Assembly: GCA_965112155.1 (NCBI GenBank)
Contig: OZ218099.1
Origin: Podarcis liolepis
Taxonomy: Eukaryota
Length of the DNA stretch: 64,000 nt
Reading direction: 5' to 3' (one strand)
The notes below the pieces were generated by a model. It was not told the DNA's origin, did not search any database, and worked only from the letters and a program-made list of their open reading frames with translations. The position numbers were made by a program, and so were the translations under genes. Below, piece by piece: positions 23,001 through 37,212 of this stretch. Position 1 is the first letter of the stretch; each line of letters starts with the position of its first letter.

Positions 23001-24023
23001 AACGTGACTTTGCATGTGTACAGAATGTGCTCTTGTTTTGAGTCCAAGCCCTGGACACTAATCTCAGCTCATACAGAGCTAAGCAAGCACTTGTGATGAA
23101 TATTTTTTTAAGGTTTCAAGGAACTGTAGGAGCAACCTCCAAAAAACTTTCTCTCCAAAGATCCGGCATCAAATAAAGACATGTTCAGGGATTGCACAGC
23201 ACCCTTTCCCCTCAAGGCTCTGGAACCTCCTTGGGCTTCGCTGCAGTTTCCTGGAGCCTTAGAAATCACCCTCAAGGGGTGTTTGCATAGCAGTCATTAG
23301 TGTCTGTGTCTTGGACAAAAAAATAAACGAGGGACAATTGAAAATGATAAGGGAGTATGATATGGTGCAGCCAGCATTATGAATCAATTTAGAACTCTTA
23401 AAAAACACGCCAACCATGATTTTTTTTCTAGTGTTCTCCAATGACGCTTGTAATTGCTGACCCAATTCTGCATCGAGCTGAGAGGAGTTCACCCATCACT
23501 AATAGCAACAGCTGGAAAAAGCGCTGTTGCAATCACAGTATGTGCTGCTGGCCAGATATGTGCTGGCTAGATTCACACATTACGTTTGTCCACACAAGGA
23601 CATGTCTGAGAGGGACCAGGACTTCTTGCGCAAGAAAAAGTAAATTGTGTGAACCAGTCCATAGTCATTCGCCAGTGGCCTTGTTATAGCTTCTAGGATG
23701 CCTAATGCGTTGGTGCTTGGAGGTAATCTTGAACTGCTCAGAGCTGCCTTGGATCCAGGAGGAGAGGCTGCCAGGCTTGGCTGGGAGTTCAGGAGATGTT
23801 TGTACTTCTTCCCCCAATGCTGAGGAACTGAACACATTGGCTGGAGAACTCATTCCATCTTGTTTGTTTGTTTCTTTCCTTCACTGGCTTGGAATCAGGA
23901 ATCTATCAGACTGAAAATGTGACCCAGGCTGAGATGCTCTGCTGAACACTCTGAGTTACCTTGTGGTTCTTGCTATCTTCTTCCTGTTCCACTGTGAATC
24001 CTGGTCAACAACAACAACAACAG

Positions 24024-24316
24024 TACCCCACCCATCTGACTGGGTTGCCCTAGCCACTCTGGGCAGCTTCCAGTAGATATAAAAACAGAATAAAACATCA
24101 AACATTAAATCAAACATCAAACATTGAAACCTTCAGATGTCTTCTAAAAGTCAGATAGTTCTTTATCCCCTTGACATCTGATGGGAGAACATTCCACAGG
24201 GAGGGCACTTCTACCGAGAAGGCCCCCTGCCTGGTTTCCTGTAACTTCACTTCTCACAGCAAGGGAACCACTAGAAGGCCCTCGGAGCTGGACCTCAGTG
24301 TCCAGACTGAATGATG
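24024..24316 (-). mobile_element. L2-clade LINE 3' end, same family as 14461-14684
   Basis: Shares cccatctg.ctgggtt.ccc.agccactctggg, ccttcagatgtctt and ccttgacatctgatgggag with the 14461 copy; preceded by a (CAA)n tail. Confidence 0.8.
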
Positions 24317-24477
24317 GAGATTTCTGGGTGCCAAGTTGGCGACCACAGTTTAAAAACCTCTGTCTTAATCCATAGTTAATTCCATTTCCATCTCCCCTAA
24401 GTGTGTTTCTCCTTCTTGCATACTAGGTCAAGTGAATTGTTTTAAGAGCAAGCTACAGTCAAACAATGTAGTTGAGA

Positions 24478-24530
24478 TCACAGAATTGTAGAATTGTAGC
24501 GTTGGAAGGGTCATTTAGTCCAACCTTCTG
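24478..24530 (-). mobile_element. CR1-type tail fragment (SINE or LINE)
   Basis: agaattgtagaattgtagcgttggaagggtcatttagtccaacc. Confidence 0.6.
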
Positions 24531-24659
24531 GCGAGCAGACATGCTGTTGTGGTGGCTTAAGTTTAAGGTGTCATTTGGCACCTAGCTTATGTATCTGAGT
24601 TTCTAACACTGGATATACCTAATGTGGAGGAGGGTCGTATCTCAAGTGAAAACAAATGC

Positions 24660-24860
24660 CATAAACAGTGCACTGCCGCTGAGAATGCCCTGTCTCATGC
24701 CACCATATTGCCTGCCTCAAGGGACACTCTGGAAGATCTTAAGTCTCAGGGTGGCAGGCCTTGGGAAAGGCATTCAGTCATGTACCCAGACCCCAGACTT
24801 TTTAGGAATTTTGTAGACTGAAGTCAACACCTTGAATTGGGCCTGGTAGCTTACCAGATG
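24660..24860 (-). mobile_element. Old L2 ORF2 fragment
   Basis: ctgagaatgccct (RAFS on minus) and tcaacaccttgaattgggcctggtagc; degenerate similarity to the other L2 3' regions. Confidence 0.45.
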
Positions 24861-27800
24861 TGCAGTCTGCAATGAACACTGTGTTGTGGAGTTGCGGTAA
24901 AAGTAATTTACTCCTTAACTGATTCCCTTTGAAATCATTTTATTTTGCTTCTGGTATATTAAAGACTTGGATTTGAATCACAGCCTCTAAGAAATATTTA
25001 AGTTGAGGACTAAGGTCCTTACACTTCGCTATAAGATAATTTCCTGTCAGCCCTTCACAATTAAGTCCCAGCATAACATTTATAGTGAAATGAAACAAGG
25101 GTGTTCATAGAGTTCTCTTTTCTGTTGAAGATGTCAGGAAGCCCGGAAATGAATGGCCCTAAGGGACAGCTGAATTACTAGCCACTTAATAAAGCTAAAC
25201 GAATGAATATTGTCTTTCCTGTCCACTCCTTCATTGCCCTCATAAGTGGGCTTGAAGTAAAGTAATGAATCAAGAAGACATCTACGTTTCACCCTGGCAA
25301 AGTGCTTTCTCGCTCTCTGTGTGAACTCTTGTGTCCTTCGGCTGAGTCTGGCCAAAAGGCAAGCAAATGCCCAGAGAAAAATAGTATTCTGCCAGCCAAT
25401 AACAACTGGAAGCTAAGCCCCGCTATTAATGGCAGATTCAGTGTGCACATGCTCTCTGTGCCTATATAGTGAAAAAACAGGTACAGCTGGAGAATGTGAT
25501 TTAGGTAGTTGTGAGGTTGGGCCTGCTGCGAACCATGCCAATTTCCCTTCATTATTGGCAGGAGAATGAAGGCTCTTGTTAACCTGAGAGCTGGATGTCT
25601 GCTTCGGCAAGCAGTGTGGATGTAAGTGACCTTGTGCTTCAGAAGTGTACTATTGTCAGGAAGGAATTATCTGCCCTACATGATGTGGCTGGCTCTGATA
25701 GACCAGTATGAGAATTTCGTATTGCAGCCCATGCATGCCCTTCTGCTCTCAGAAACCGCCCCAAATCTGTTTTCTTCCCACCAAATAGTCCGATTGGATC
25801 TGGCCTCTTATTGGTGTGGCACCTGCCTGTGCATCCCTAACGAGTCATTTTGCTGCTAACAAGCTAATTGCTGGCATAATTATTTATTGAGGTGGTGTCG
25901 GTGTAGCATGGCAGGCGGGTGGCAGGCACTCTTCCGCAGCCCGGGAATGCAGCTGTATTTGTCGCTTCCCAGAGAGTTTGTTGAGACAAAGCAGAGAAGA
26001 GTAAACACCATAAACATTTATGCTCTTGCATATTCAGCAGCAGATGAGGTTGAGGAAGCTGCAAATTGGAGTGGGGAGAGCAGTGTGGAACAAAGATTGC
26101 ATTGGCTGAGAGGTGCTGCCAGAGCTTAAATACCTTCATTGGTTATGCTCCAGCCCTCCTGGAAGTAGAAATTTTTTATAACCCCCTTTTCTACCACCAA
26201 GCTATACATTCTAAGAGCTGAAGAAATTAAGACGTAATGCACAGGCCTTGCAGAGCAGAGGTCATGTGACCAAGGTGAAAGGGCCATGGAATAATGATGG
26301 GGATGTCACATTCAAAAGCGTATTAGCTCTGTTATTACTTAGTGTCTGTGTGTGGCTAAATTTTCAGAACTCTGTGGAGCACATGGGCTGAATATCATCC
26401 CTTGAGATTAATTCATTCTTATCCTGGGGCGCATTCCCCCCTCTTGCTCCGCCCTGTGCTTCTCTTAGACTGCATATTTCACATTAAGATGTGACCCTGC
26501 ATTCAACTATGCAGAACAATTAGGTATTACTTCTACATTTTTATGTATGCCTTTATTGCATTCTGTCCTGGCTTGTAAGTTTTTTTAAATATTTGTCTTC
26601 TGAATGTCGGCAAATTTAGAGCTGCGTATTTTAGAATTAATTAATGTGTATAAATAAACAATTGGGCAGCGCCCTCTTCCTCCTCACCAAACCGGGAAAG
26701 GTGTCATTTCTGTCTGCAGCTAAAGTGGTCTCCTTCTGTCGACTTTGTGAATTATTTCTCAGGCCTAATTACTACTATTTATTATTTGCTGCTTCCTCAT
26801 CACAAACCTCTGTTAAAACGAGCTATGGGGATTCAGGAACAGCTGAGCAAGCAAAAGGAGTCACAGCTGTGAATTGGTTTCCTGGGTCTGAGTAGGCTTC
26901 CTCAGCTTCCCTGGATTTTTTTGGATTTTGTTTTTAGTTGCTTTCTCCATCACCCTGTTTACTGAAGTGCAGAGGGTCAGGGGTTAGCTGTTATTGCCTT
27001 CAAAGGTGCGGGCCTGTGAGTGACTGTTGCAGTTCTGTGGCTGCCTGCTGAGGCCCTTTAACTGCACAACTTGAGAGGAATTGTTCTATGCTGGGCAGTA
27101 CAAGGGCGAGAGGAAAACAACCCAGAGGAAAGCAAGCAGGGGTTTGGGTCTGAAAGACCACACATAACTGGATGGTTAAAAAGGCATCCCGGCTGGATAC
27201 AAATAGGATGCGGAAATAAATGGTTCGTCTTCACAAAGTGCCCCAAAGCTGTGTTTGTATTAGCACCAATTTTTGTTTACTTCTAATCCATTTCCTGCAC
27301 TGCCAGCCTACAAATGCTCAGAAATCATGATTCCGTTGCCAGGGATTTATAGTAGTAGTTAGATTTAACAGATACACAAGTGACCTTTTATTTATTTGGA
27401 TTTTGGTGCCATTTGGGAATATCACAGTAAGGTTTTGAGTGTATTTGTTTTCAGCAGGAAGGAGCCATGTGCTTGTTACTTACAATTACTTTTTAGGAAT
27501 GTTCTAATGATTAGATTATGAAGCTTGTGATATTTAAGCTTTTGAGGAAGCCTAGGAACATTTAGCCCTAAGAATCTGTGTTAAGTCTCTCCCTCCCCCC
27601 CCCCCGTTATAGCTACTCCCTTATGTCCAGCTATTCATGACTGCCACAGAGATTGAAAGGGTAAGGAGGAGGGAATCCGGTCTCTGTAGTTTCCCCTTGT
27701 TGATATTGTTGGGTCTCCTATTCTCTGCTTGGCTTCAGGCAAAGGTTTACACAAGCAGGCAGTCACGCAAGCTTCAGTAACGAGCATCTATTTGAAAGCT

Positions 27801-29389
27801 ATGTGTCAGGCTTAAACTATCTGGAAAACTTCTGTCAGAAACAGAATTCTGCTTCTGTCGCCTCTCACATCCTGCCTAGATAGTACTTCTGGTGTATTGT
27901 ATTGTAAATCAGAGTTGGTATGAAAAAAATAGAGGTGTGGGAAATTCCATACGGATGTCGGATCTCTGTACCTGTGTCTAGGTTTCATCCAAAGTTAGGC
28001 GATTGTAAACATACACACATCATACTCAAGTCCCACTAAAAGTGTGCATTGGGTTGCAGCCTATGTACCCTTGCCCTGGGCTGTCTTTTAGGGACTGGTG
28101 CATGCTGATTATATCATTGGTGGGTACAGAACCTTCAGGACAGTGCAAGCTGCAGCCTGTATGGTATGGGTTAGGCCTGGCTACAGATTGGCTATCCCAC
28201 TTTTCTGCCCTGAATGTGCAGTTTGGCAGTGACATATAAGAAAAGGGAAGGAGGTGTAATAGTGACAAATGAGCTGAGAGTTGTACACAGCTAAGTGACT
28301 TGCTATCCATATACTGTACAACTTTGTCAAATATTTCTCAAAGCCAATTAATTCACCACCCTCAATATGTGTTTTTTAGGAATGTGTGCACATATACAAG
28401 TCCTAGATGTGATGCTCTTACTACATTGCTAACTAAAGCTGCCCCCTTTGCACTTCCACTTCAGCCTGCAAATTTAAATGCCCATGGATGCAATTCCCTG
28501 TTTGCTAGGAACTTGTGTACTTCTGAGTGCATCTGGGCCCTTTCTTTAAGCAATGTTCTCTCGGCTTGGCTTGGCAGTTGTCCGTTCTGGGTGTGCAGTG
28601 AACCACTGAAGATTGCTGGGAACTGTATCTCTTTCATTACCGTACTGCTGTATTCTGCTGGAATTAGCAGAGCCAGGGTTTTTTGGTGTGTACCTTGTGG
28701 GTATTTCAACTCACACATTGCCATTCGTGGTATTTGAGTACTTCAGTTATTTCTCTCTTCGGTCTTCCTCTCTGTTTTCCCTGCATCCCCCAGACCCTGA
28801 AATTCATGGCCAGAGACTGCTGGACTAGAGGTTGTCATGGCAACAGCTCTCTTCCTGCTGAGGTGGAGATAGGAACAGATTTCATGGTTCAAGGAATTTC
28901 CCCATTCCTGACCCCTCCTTCCCTCCTTCCTTGTGGTGTTTTCTCCACATCTCCCTGTCATCCTCTCTTAGTACCAAGCTGCTAGGCCCGGCTCAGAAGC
29001 CAAAGGGAGCATACACACTGTGTGTTAACTGCAGACATTTTGCCATCCTTCTTGCCTCCTCCCTGTGCCATGATCTGTGACAGACTTAGGCTGGGGCATC
29101 TCACGGGATGCTTGCAAGGAGGATCTCATTTAAGGTATACTATATGAGGACTTCTCCTGAAGCTAACCACTTGCGGTTTCCCTACCTCCTCTTTTTTTGA
29201 ATCAAAATGTTGGTAAACCTCAGTTCTGGAGGCAACTGTCAGCTTGGCAGACCAGGGTTCAGCTTAGGCAAAGGCAGAAAAATCTTGCCCAACGTGTTTG
29301 TCTTTTGGTCAGAAAACAATGTGTTTGGGCAACTTGGCCCTTTCAGGCCTTGTTTCCCCATTTCAAATGTGAAATAGGTTGTTTTAGGT

Positions 29390-29453
29390 CTGTGAACTGC
29401 CCTGAGACCCCCGGGTATAGGGTGGTATATAAATTCAAATAATAATAATAATA
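29390..29453 (+). mobile_element. Short L2-type 3' terminus with (TAA)n tail
   Basis: tgtgaactgccctgagacc...tatagggtggtatataaat + (AAT)n; the tail resumes after the MITE at 29698. Confidence 0.6.
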
Positions 29454-29697
29454 CAGTCATACCTTGGAAACCGAACGCCTTTGCACTCTTTGGCTCTCAA
29501 ACGCCGCAAACCCGGAAGTGAGTGTTTCGGTTTGTGAATGTTCTTTGGAACCTGAATGTCTGGCGTGGCTTCCATGGCTTCTGAATGGCTGCAGGACCTT
29601 CCTGCAGCCAATTGGAAGCTGTGCATTGGTTTCCAAATGTTTTGGAAGTCGAACAGGCTTCTGGAATGGATTCTGTTCGGCTTCCAAGGTATGACTG
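29454..29697. mobile_element. Tc1/mariner MITE, 244 bp
   Basis: Perfect 16-bp TIR cagtcataccttggaa / ttccaaggtatgactg, TA flanks. Confidence 0.9.
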
Positions 29698-31023
29698 TAA
29701 TAATAATGTCCAAATGACAAATGGTACGGGGAGACTAGGATTCCACTTTACCTGGCCATCTACCAGCTGCTTGGGAGAGAACAATACAAGTTATTCTTAG
29801 TCTAAACTCCTACAGAGTTAGAATCACTTTCCTACAAACAAGACTGCACCAGTTTTTGGAAGTATCAGGATTGGTGACAAAGAAACACAGATTTTATACC
29901 TAGAAAAACTGATTCTGTGACTTGCATTAATTGTGCAGATCTTCCTATATGTGCCTCTTTATTGCACAATTTATTCTGCTTATGAATTTTGAGAGAGTGC
30001 TGGGGGTACCAGTCACAAGTTGGCTGCTATGGGAGTGGTGTGGCATAGCACAAAATGGTGGCCATGCAGAGCATGGAAAAACACAAAATTAGAGGCAGCC
30101 CCCCCCCCCAGCAGCTTGATTAAGACCATTGTTGAACTTTTCGACCATATTCAATCATATTGGATAATTGCTGAGAAGTGTTCTATTATTGGGCTAGGTG
30201 CTTAAGTGAGTCATGGTCCAGCTAGGCATTTTTGGCATTATCTTCAACTCCTTCAGACCCAGGACCCAGTTTTGACCCAAACATGCATTTGGAGACCTTT
30301 TTCTAAACCTTTTACCATACATTTGCATGATAGTAGAGCTCCAGTAGTGACCTACCTTGGATCAGGCTCCTGGGCCACTAGTTGAAGACCAGTGATCTAG
30401 ATCCATTTTGGCATGGATTTGGCAGATGATTTACTCCACCGGGGTAAATGTTGGCCTGCTGGTTCAGCTGGACTCCTCAGCAGATGCCATTGATGATTCC
30501 AGATTGCCAGGCTAGTGTGAGGTGACCCCTGTCCTTCTTGAAATATAGTTTTCAGAAGGTGGTACCAGGAAATTTCCAACTCACACCCTGGTTCATGGCA
30601 ACCCTTTTGGGCTGCTTGGAGTTCTGAGAAAGAGTTGTTTCTCAAATTGTTTGCAGTTTGAGAAAGCACTTGGATCCTACTTTTGCTTCTGCATTCCCAT
30701 GTGGTGGCCATCTTTGGAGGGCAGGTTTCTTTGTTCTGCTGTGCTCTTCTGCACTAGCTTCAAGCTTGTTGCTGCTGAGGGCTTTTTGAAAAATTCATGG
30801 GGCTTTGAATCCAAAGCTGCCAGTCCCCTGCCTCACAGTGCCCCATTCCAGGACTTTCTACTGTGGTACATCCAGTGGGAGCTCACTGCCAACCTGGGCA
30901 AAGCTAAAGCCATTGCTGTGGTGAAGCCCCCCTACCTCTCTGTGCCAGTGAGAAGGAGCATCCTACCTCTCTCCCCCACCCCCCCAGCCATCTGGGCAGT
31001 GTTAATTGCACTCTTCCTGTATA

Positions 31024-31250
31024 CAGTGGTACCTTGGTTCTCAAACGTAATCTGTTCTGGTAGACGGTTTGACTTCCAAAACGTTTGAAAACTGAGGCGC
31101 AAAGGGCTGGTTGCAAGTTCAGTTGGAAAAACTGAAAAACATTTGACTTCCGAGGCGTGTTCAAAAACGGAAGCAATTACTTCTGGGTTTTCGGCGTTCG
31201 AAGACCGAAATGTTCAGCTTCCAAGACGCTCATAAACAGAGGTACCACTG
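31024..31250. mobile_element. Tc1/mariner MITE, 227 bp
   Basis: TA|cagtggtacct ... aggtaccactg|TA. Confidence 0.85.
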
Positions 31251-32846
31251 TACCTCATTTTTTACTACTACAGTTACAGTGGGAGGTAACTGCCTGGTAG
31301 CACGCTAAGATACTGATTGCTTTCTCTCCCTCTCTCTGATCAAGCATAGGTAAGGTTGTCTCTGCAGGAGTTTTGTGACCCGGCAAACAATAGTCCTTGG
31401 GCCTAGCTGCTTGAATATAGAAAGGAAGTTTACAGCTGAAACAAAATCAGTTTATTCTGCAAGGGCCTGCAGATGGATTGGGAGTATTAAAACTGCCCTC
31501 CAATGTTTTGGCATTTGGGGCTAACACACCCTCTCCCCCTCACCCCACCCCAGTGTTTTAGAAGCCACATATCAGTAAACGTATGTACAATAAATGCTAT
31601 GGCTCACTTAGGATTTGTCACTAGAGTGAAAGGCAAGGGAAGATAAGCCTTGCCGGCTTCCTCTCTATTTTGGATATGGCTTGCTTAAAATGCACTCTAT
31701 AAAGCTATTCTGCAGACCTCTCTTGGTCTCCCAGAGAGACCTGAACAGCCTCGCAACTGTTCTGTGAACAGGGTCCACTTCATCCTGCCCCCGCCCAGTC
31801 CTCTCATCCCTTGTTGAATTCTGTCTGTCTCTGGGGCAGAATGTAGGAGTTGTTTAACATCTGTGCAGACACAAGGGCCAGCAGCTTAGGACAGGATGTG
31901 GGCAACGTGGTGTCCATGCGAAACTACAGGGAGGAATGTAATATGGGTGGATTCTGTAGTTTGCATGTGTGTGTCTGCAGCTTGCAAGCACATTCCTCTT
32001 GCCGCCCATGAGATACAACATTCCCTATTTAGGAGTGACCTGGGGGAGAACTGGAAAGCACACAGGTGCAGAATTATATAGTGCCATTCCCCTTGGGCCC
32101 TGTAGCACAGATGCGAAGAGCTGCACAATGAATCCTTGAGACTGTGATAAAAGCTGACAAGAAGAATTCCTCAAGTGGTGCTGGTTAAAACATGTGCATG
32201 GAAGGCCTCGTCTCTTGTTAGACCAGCTGCTAGGCCCAGTATCTTGGCCCCTGTAAAAGGACAGGCAACTTTTCCCCACATGCTTTAGACCCTTTACAAC
32301 ACTACGCTCACTTTACTGTGTGGTTTCAAAGTAGGTTTAGGCACCAGGCAGCTGTCATAAAGCAGGGAGAGACAGCTAGGCCCTCTCTAGCATTCTAATC
32401 TCCAAGAACAGATTCTTTCAGTGGACATTCAACCCGCTTAAACTCTGAATGTGTGTATTTTCTCCTTTCTGCTCCTGTCCCTTTTTCCTTGTGTCTGTTG
32501 TAAGCCATTCTGCAAGGGCATGCCTATGTTATCTTTTGTACAGAGTGTAGTGAACTTTACAGCATAAATAATGGCAGTGGTAATGCTAATAATAGTAATA
32601 AACTAATAATAGTAATAGGTAAACATAGAACTCTTCTGCCTCAAAGTAGCAGCAGAGGTCTTTTATCTAAAGGTGCTCCATTAGCTGAAGCAGATCTATA
32701 GCTCTCTCCACCTGGAGAAGACTAATTAGATGAGAGATTTGCTGCAACACAAGCTAATATTACCAACTGTGGTTTATTAAAACAAGAATAAGCTGTGTGC
32801 CCACATGTTCCCTCTTCACTCCCCCCATCCTCCCTCCCTTCATAAT

Positions 32847-32992
32847 CATGGGTGTAGCGAGGATTTTTGTTGGGGGGGGGGCAGGCCTTTTGTTAGTGGG
32901 GGCAGAACCTCAGTTCACTATGTATTTATATTGATTTTTATTTATTTTGGGAGCCAGCTGCCCCCCTGCCCCCCTCCGTGGTTATGCTGATG
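32847..32992. mobile_element. Degenerate hAT-like MITE
   Basis: Ends catgggtgtagc / gttatgctgatg; subterminal ggggggcag / ctgcccccc; similar flanks cttcataat / cttcatat. Confidence 0.55.
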
Positions 32993-34625
32993 CTTCATAT
33001 GTCCAGCTTCAGCAGAAATTTCCTGATTTCTACTGTTTCTTGTGACTTTTGAAGAGGGAAAATATGGTTTAAGGTCTCTCTCCAGTCCAGCTGATCACTT
33101 CCGTTTTCTGTAGTTTAGCTCTTTGGCAAAGTGGCACAATTGGTAGGTATGTAGGTCACCATTCTTTTGGAAACATTAAGTGAACAAAGAATATGGGGAC
33201 GTGATGGTGCTTCTATTCATGGAAGGTTGCCCTTTAAATAGTTAAACACCCTTGTCAGTTTGCTGCTTTTTCTAGCAATTTACAGTCTCAACTGAAGGAG
33301 GAATATTCACGTAGCCGTAAACCATTGAAAATGATACAGGAGCATAAAGGTTGCTATGACCTGCCATTAGGGTATCTGATTGAATCAAAAGTTGGCCTTA
33401 ATGTGATGTGGATAATGGCGAGTTCCAAAGCTTCTACATTGAAAAGATTGACTCCTCACAGATGCAAAGCGAACCTTATATGACACTTGTAAAAGTGTAA
33501 GTTCCTCAAATTAAGAGGTTCAGTAGGCACACATGGTGCAAGGCGGTCTCTTAAGCTGATTAGCATGTTGTTAATTAATCTCACCCAGATAGCTTGTAAA
33601 CAAAGAAATCTTCACCAAAACTGGGGGTGCAAAGGAAAGAGTGAGGAAGGAGTTTGCAGGTGCAAAACCTGTTTGCAGCCCCTGGGACTGCATCTCTGTT
33701 ATTGCATCTGAAATGGCCTCAGGTTGCTGCATCTCTGCCCTATACAGCCATAGACTGAGCATTGTGCTAACTATGCAAGAGAATAGGATCCTGGCATACT
33801 GGTGACCTACTGTGCAATTTGCTGAGGCCACTCTTGAAAGAAAGATTCGCAGTTGAAACAGGTCTGTGTTAAAATTGCAGCTTGTGCTCACTTTTTTACC
33901 TTGCAATGAGTGTGGTAGATACGGTTTGTATTGGTGAGTTTACCACAAAAACATACTGCAAGGAGACAGGGCTAGTTCCTACAGTTCATATGCACTTAAA
34001 AACAATGTTGCCACCTTGTTATGGGGTAGAAGCCAGTGCACACTAAATGTTAACATGTATTTGCCTCTGCCATCAAGTGTGTGAAGTGTCTCTTACTTGC
34101 TGCATCCCAGCAGTTTTTGTTTTTGTTTTAGTCAAGTGCATTGATTTTTACAATAATTTTATATAGATGTAGGAACTTCAGAAATGCTACCTTTTTATTT
34201 TGGTTTCATTCCTTCACTTTGATAATTTCCACATTTGGGAACTGTCCCATGTCCTTGTTTTGCACTCTTCTGAAAGGATTCTGAAAGTGGAAATTAGATG
34301 GTGAAGTGGTGTACCACATATCCTGATATGTGCTGTGGAATTGTGGAATTTTTTAAAGGAACATTGATGGAGTGAGAGGCTGCACGGGCCTCTTGAAATT
34401 CATGGGAAGGAATAGGAAGAGGGTTTTTAAGAGAGTTCTCTCACCTGTGACTGCCTTACACATGCATTCCTAAAGAAGCCATCAACATCTGCACTAGAAT
34501 TATATGTTTTCGTATCTGTGGTGACTTTGCAGATTTCTGTACCATTTTCTCATTCACAGCCATTTACATGATGTGCTGGAATGCTGTCAAACAGCTAATA
34601 TCTTTCTTCCCTTTCTCTCCCACAG

Positions 34626-34808
34626 CCCCTGCAAATTGATGACAATTTCTGTGGTCAGGATTTTAACCAGCCATTGGGTGGAACAGTCACCATTGAAGGT
34701 GTGCCGCTCTTTGTGGACAAGGAAGATGGCATGACATCAGTGGCAGCGTATGACTACCGTGGGCACACCGTGGTCTTTGCTGGGACACGGAGAGGCAGGA
34801 TAAAAAAG
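34626..34808 (+). CDS. PLXNA1: Plexin A1, second coding exon (183 nt, Sema domain: [61 protein letters not shown])
   Basis: Polypyrimidine tract + CACAG acceptor ending 34625; donor AAG|GTAGGG at 34808/34809. Continues in frame from ...GCINS to PLQIDD as in plexin-A1. Confidence 0.96.
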
Positions 34809-37075
34809 GTAGGGGGCAATGAAGCTCTTTCTTTGGGGTTTTGTAGGGTTATGTTGCTTGGACCATAAGAGGGCAAAAGCAATGGAATGGAAGGGGCGGA
34901 TATTTCCATGTGCACAATTTCTTCATAATGTTTGGAGCTATTTCTGTATGGAAGGATTTGACCTTGAACAACTGTTACTTGCTATTTTCTAGTATCCTTT
35001 GCATCTGCTCTTTCAGCAGAAGTATTACCCTCTGTACAATCTCTCCTGGGGCAGAAATATTTTAAAAATACAGGCCAATATTACATGTCAAGTGCCTTTT
35101 TCTGTGCAATGTGCTAAAGCCAGATTGCTTTTCTTCCTGTCTTTAGCAAGTCTTGTAGGAAAAATAGTAAATAGCAGACTCAGCTGGTCTCTTTTAAAGG
35201 TCTCCTTAGAGCAGGCTTCCTTTTCTTTTAGAGGACCTTTGCCAGCCTTTTTGAGGTTGCCATCATTTCTGCTCTACCTGCCTTTGCCATGAAGTCGCAT
35301 TGCTACTTTCTTGTTAGCTTCTGCAGTTTTGCCACACACATTTGCCTGTGTTACACTAAGCAGATGCATTTTGGGGGGAAATTCCTGAGGACGATGGCTC
35401 TGCTCTGTCAGCAAGAACCAAAGAACTCTGATAACTGTGCATACGCCTTGGAGACTGCAGAATAACTCTGATGTGGATGATTTAAAACATCTGTGGGCCT
35501 AAGTCCACAAAGTAGAGGGAACTCATCCTTCCCCAGCTACACAAAGGGTTCTTGTTGTTGGTAATTAGCAAATAGCTGTATGCCTCTCCTCAATATCTCC
35601 ACAGGGCATGGGTTTCCTGTTATCATAACATCGTTCCTATAATTACAGCTGGCTATTCCCTGTGTAAACACAGCCGGCAATAACTGCATCTTCTACCAGG
35701 CAGAATTGTATTTAGGGCCTTAGCAGAATTTTTTAAGAAGCACCTAATCAAGTAGGGGGCTCCTCTTTACCCAAGGCATGTTGATACTGGGGTCTGAACT
35801 AAGGAATGGCTTGAATTTTGAGTTGCTTCCACCTTTGATATTTTCCCCCTCCCTGACGAAGGTTCTAATTTTCAAAGCTTATAAGTATTTTCTAGTACAG
35901 AAGTCGGTGTAGTGTCTTTTGAATGTGAATGTAGAGAGGAAGGCACGCAGTGGCTTAGTATATGCATTGGATGTATTAGTCTCTTGGGAAGAACAAAATC
36001 CTTGTACAAACAGAGTATATAATAGATGCAGGTGTGCATTAGTGGAAGTCAGCATGTGCTCATCAAACTCAGCTGAGAACGTTGCACATTTTGCTGCAGA
36101 AGAGGACTCAGGTTTGCCATAGGAGCACCCAATAGCCAATTCTGTGTCCCCGAGGAGGTGTACAGTACATGTATGACACATGTGTGAAAACGTGTTTAAC
36201 CCATTCATACTTAACGTGCATTTTTTAATATGTATATCTTAAAAGCATAATGTGTGAAGTGTTGGGTTGTGGCCCTTAAGATTGTGTCTTGGAAGCATAG
36301 CTTAGGGAAGGACTGGTGCGCAACATGCTAATTACGGATGTGGGGTGGCAGGAGTTTGTTGATCGAACATTCTGTACACTGAATTTGCTCTGCATCTTGC
36401 CCTGCTTGGAGTCATCTTGTCTATGTGGAATGTTTTTCTAGCACAGGGAAACTGGTATCTACGTCTAATCCCTGCAGACTAAGAACAAGCAAGATACTGA
36501 TTTTTAGTTCAGTGAATCTGGAATGCAAAGACTGGCCTGAGGCCAGGTTGAAGGTCATTTTTAGGATATGTGATTAAGACAGTGTAGGCCCCACATAAGC
36601 AGAGAAGAGTTGTTTTGTTTATTAGGAGGGTAAATAGAGTTGGTTTTGGAGCTTTTTTTAGTCTGTAGCCTTCTCAGCTCAGCACTAGGAAAACTGTGAA
36701 ACCCCAAGGTAGTGTCGTAGCTGTTGTATTACAGAAATGTAGGTGTTTTGTTCAATAAGAACAACCTAGACTCTGCCACTTTGAAGCAAAAGCTCATCTT
36801 AGCTAACTTTGTTCTCTGCTCTAAATATGAGACCTCATCAGAAAAGACAGCTCATCTAGACAGCAGGCGAAGTCATATATCAGTATTTTAAGAGAGAACA
36901 CACCCCATGAGGTGGCCTTAAGACTGATCTTATAGGCCTCATCTTTCAAAGATTACAGATATTTTGTTTGAACAGCCAAAGTGGGTTACTACTTATAGGA
37001 GACTGAATTCAGATACAAGGTATTGGGAGGAGTGGCTGTGTCACAGCTGCTTCATGAATTAAGTTTGCTTTACAT

Positions 37076-37212
37076 CAGGGTTACCCAAACTTGGGCCTCC
37101 ATCTATTTTTGGACTACGGTTCCCATCATCCCTGACCACTGGTCCTGCTACCCTAGGGATAATGGGAGTTGTAGTCCAAAAACAGTTGGAGATCCAAGTT
37201 TGGGTAACCTTG
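37076..37212. mobile_element. hAT MITE, 137 bp, largely palindromic
   Basis: cagggttacccaaacttgg / ccaagtttgggtaaccttg; internal tttttggactac / gtagtccaaaaa; 8-bp TSD ctttacat / ctctacat. Confidence 0.85.

Larger units (their letters stand above)
16759..34625 (+). other. PLXNA1: PLXNA1 intron (GT-AG, phase 0, ~17.9 kb)
   Basis: Bounded by GTAAGT and CACAG; joins the two coding exons in frame. Confidence 0.92.

Noticed and set aside
34674-34868. 64-aa ORF as an independent gene
   Set aside because: It is part of the PLXNA1 exon plus intron read-through, starting at a non-ATG codon.
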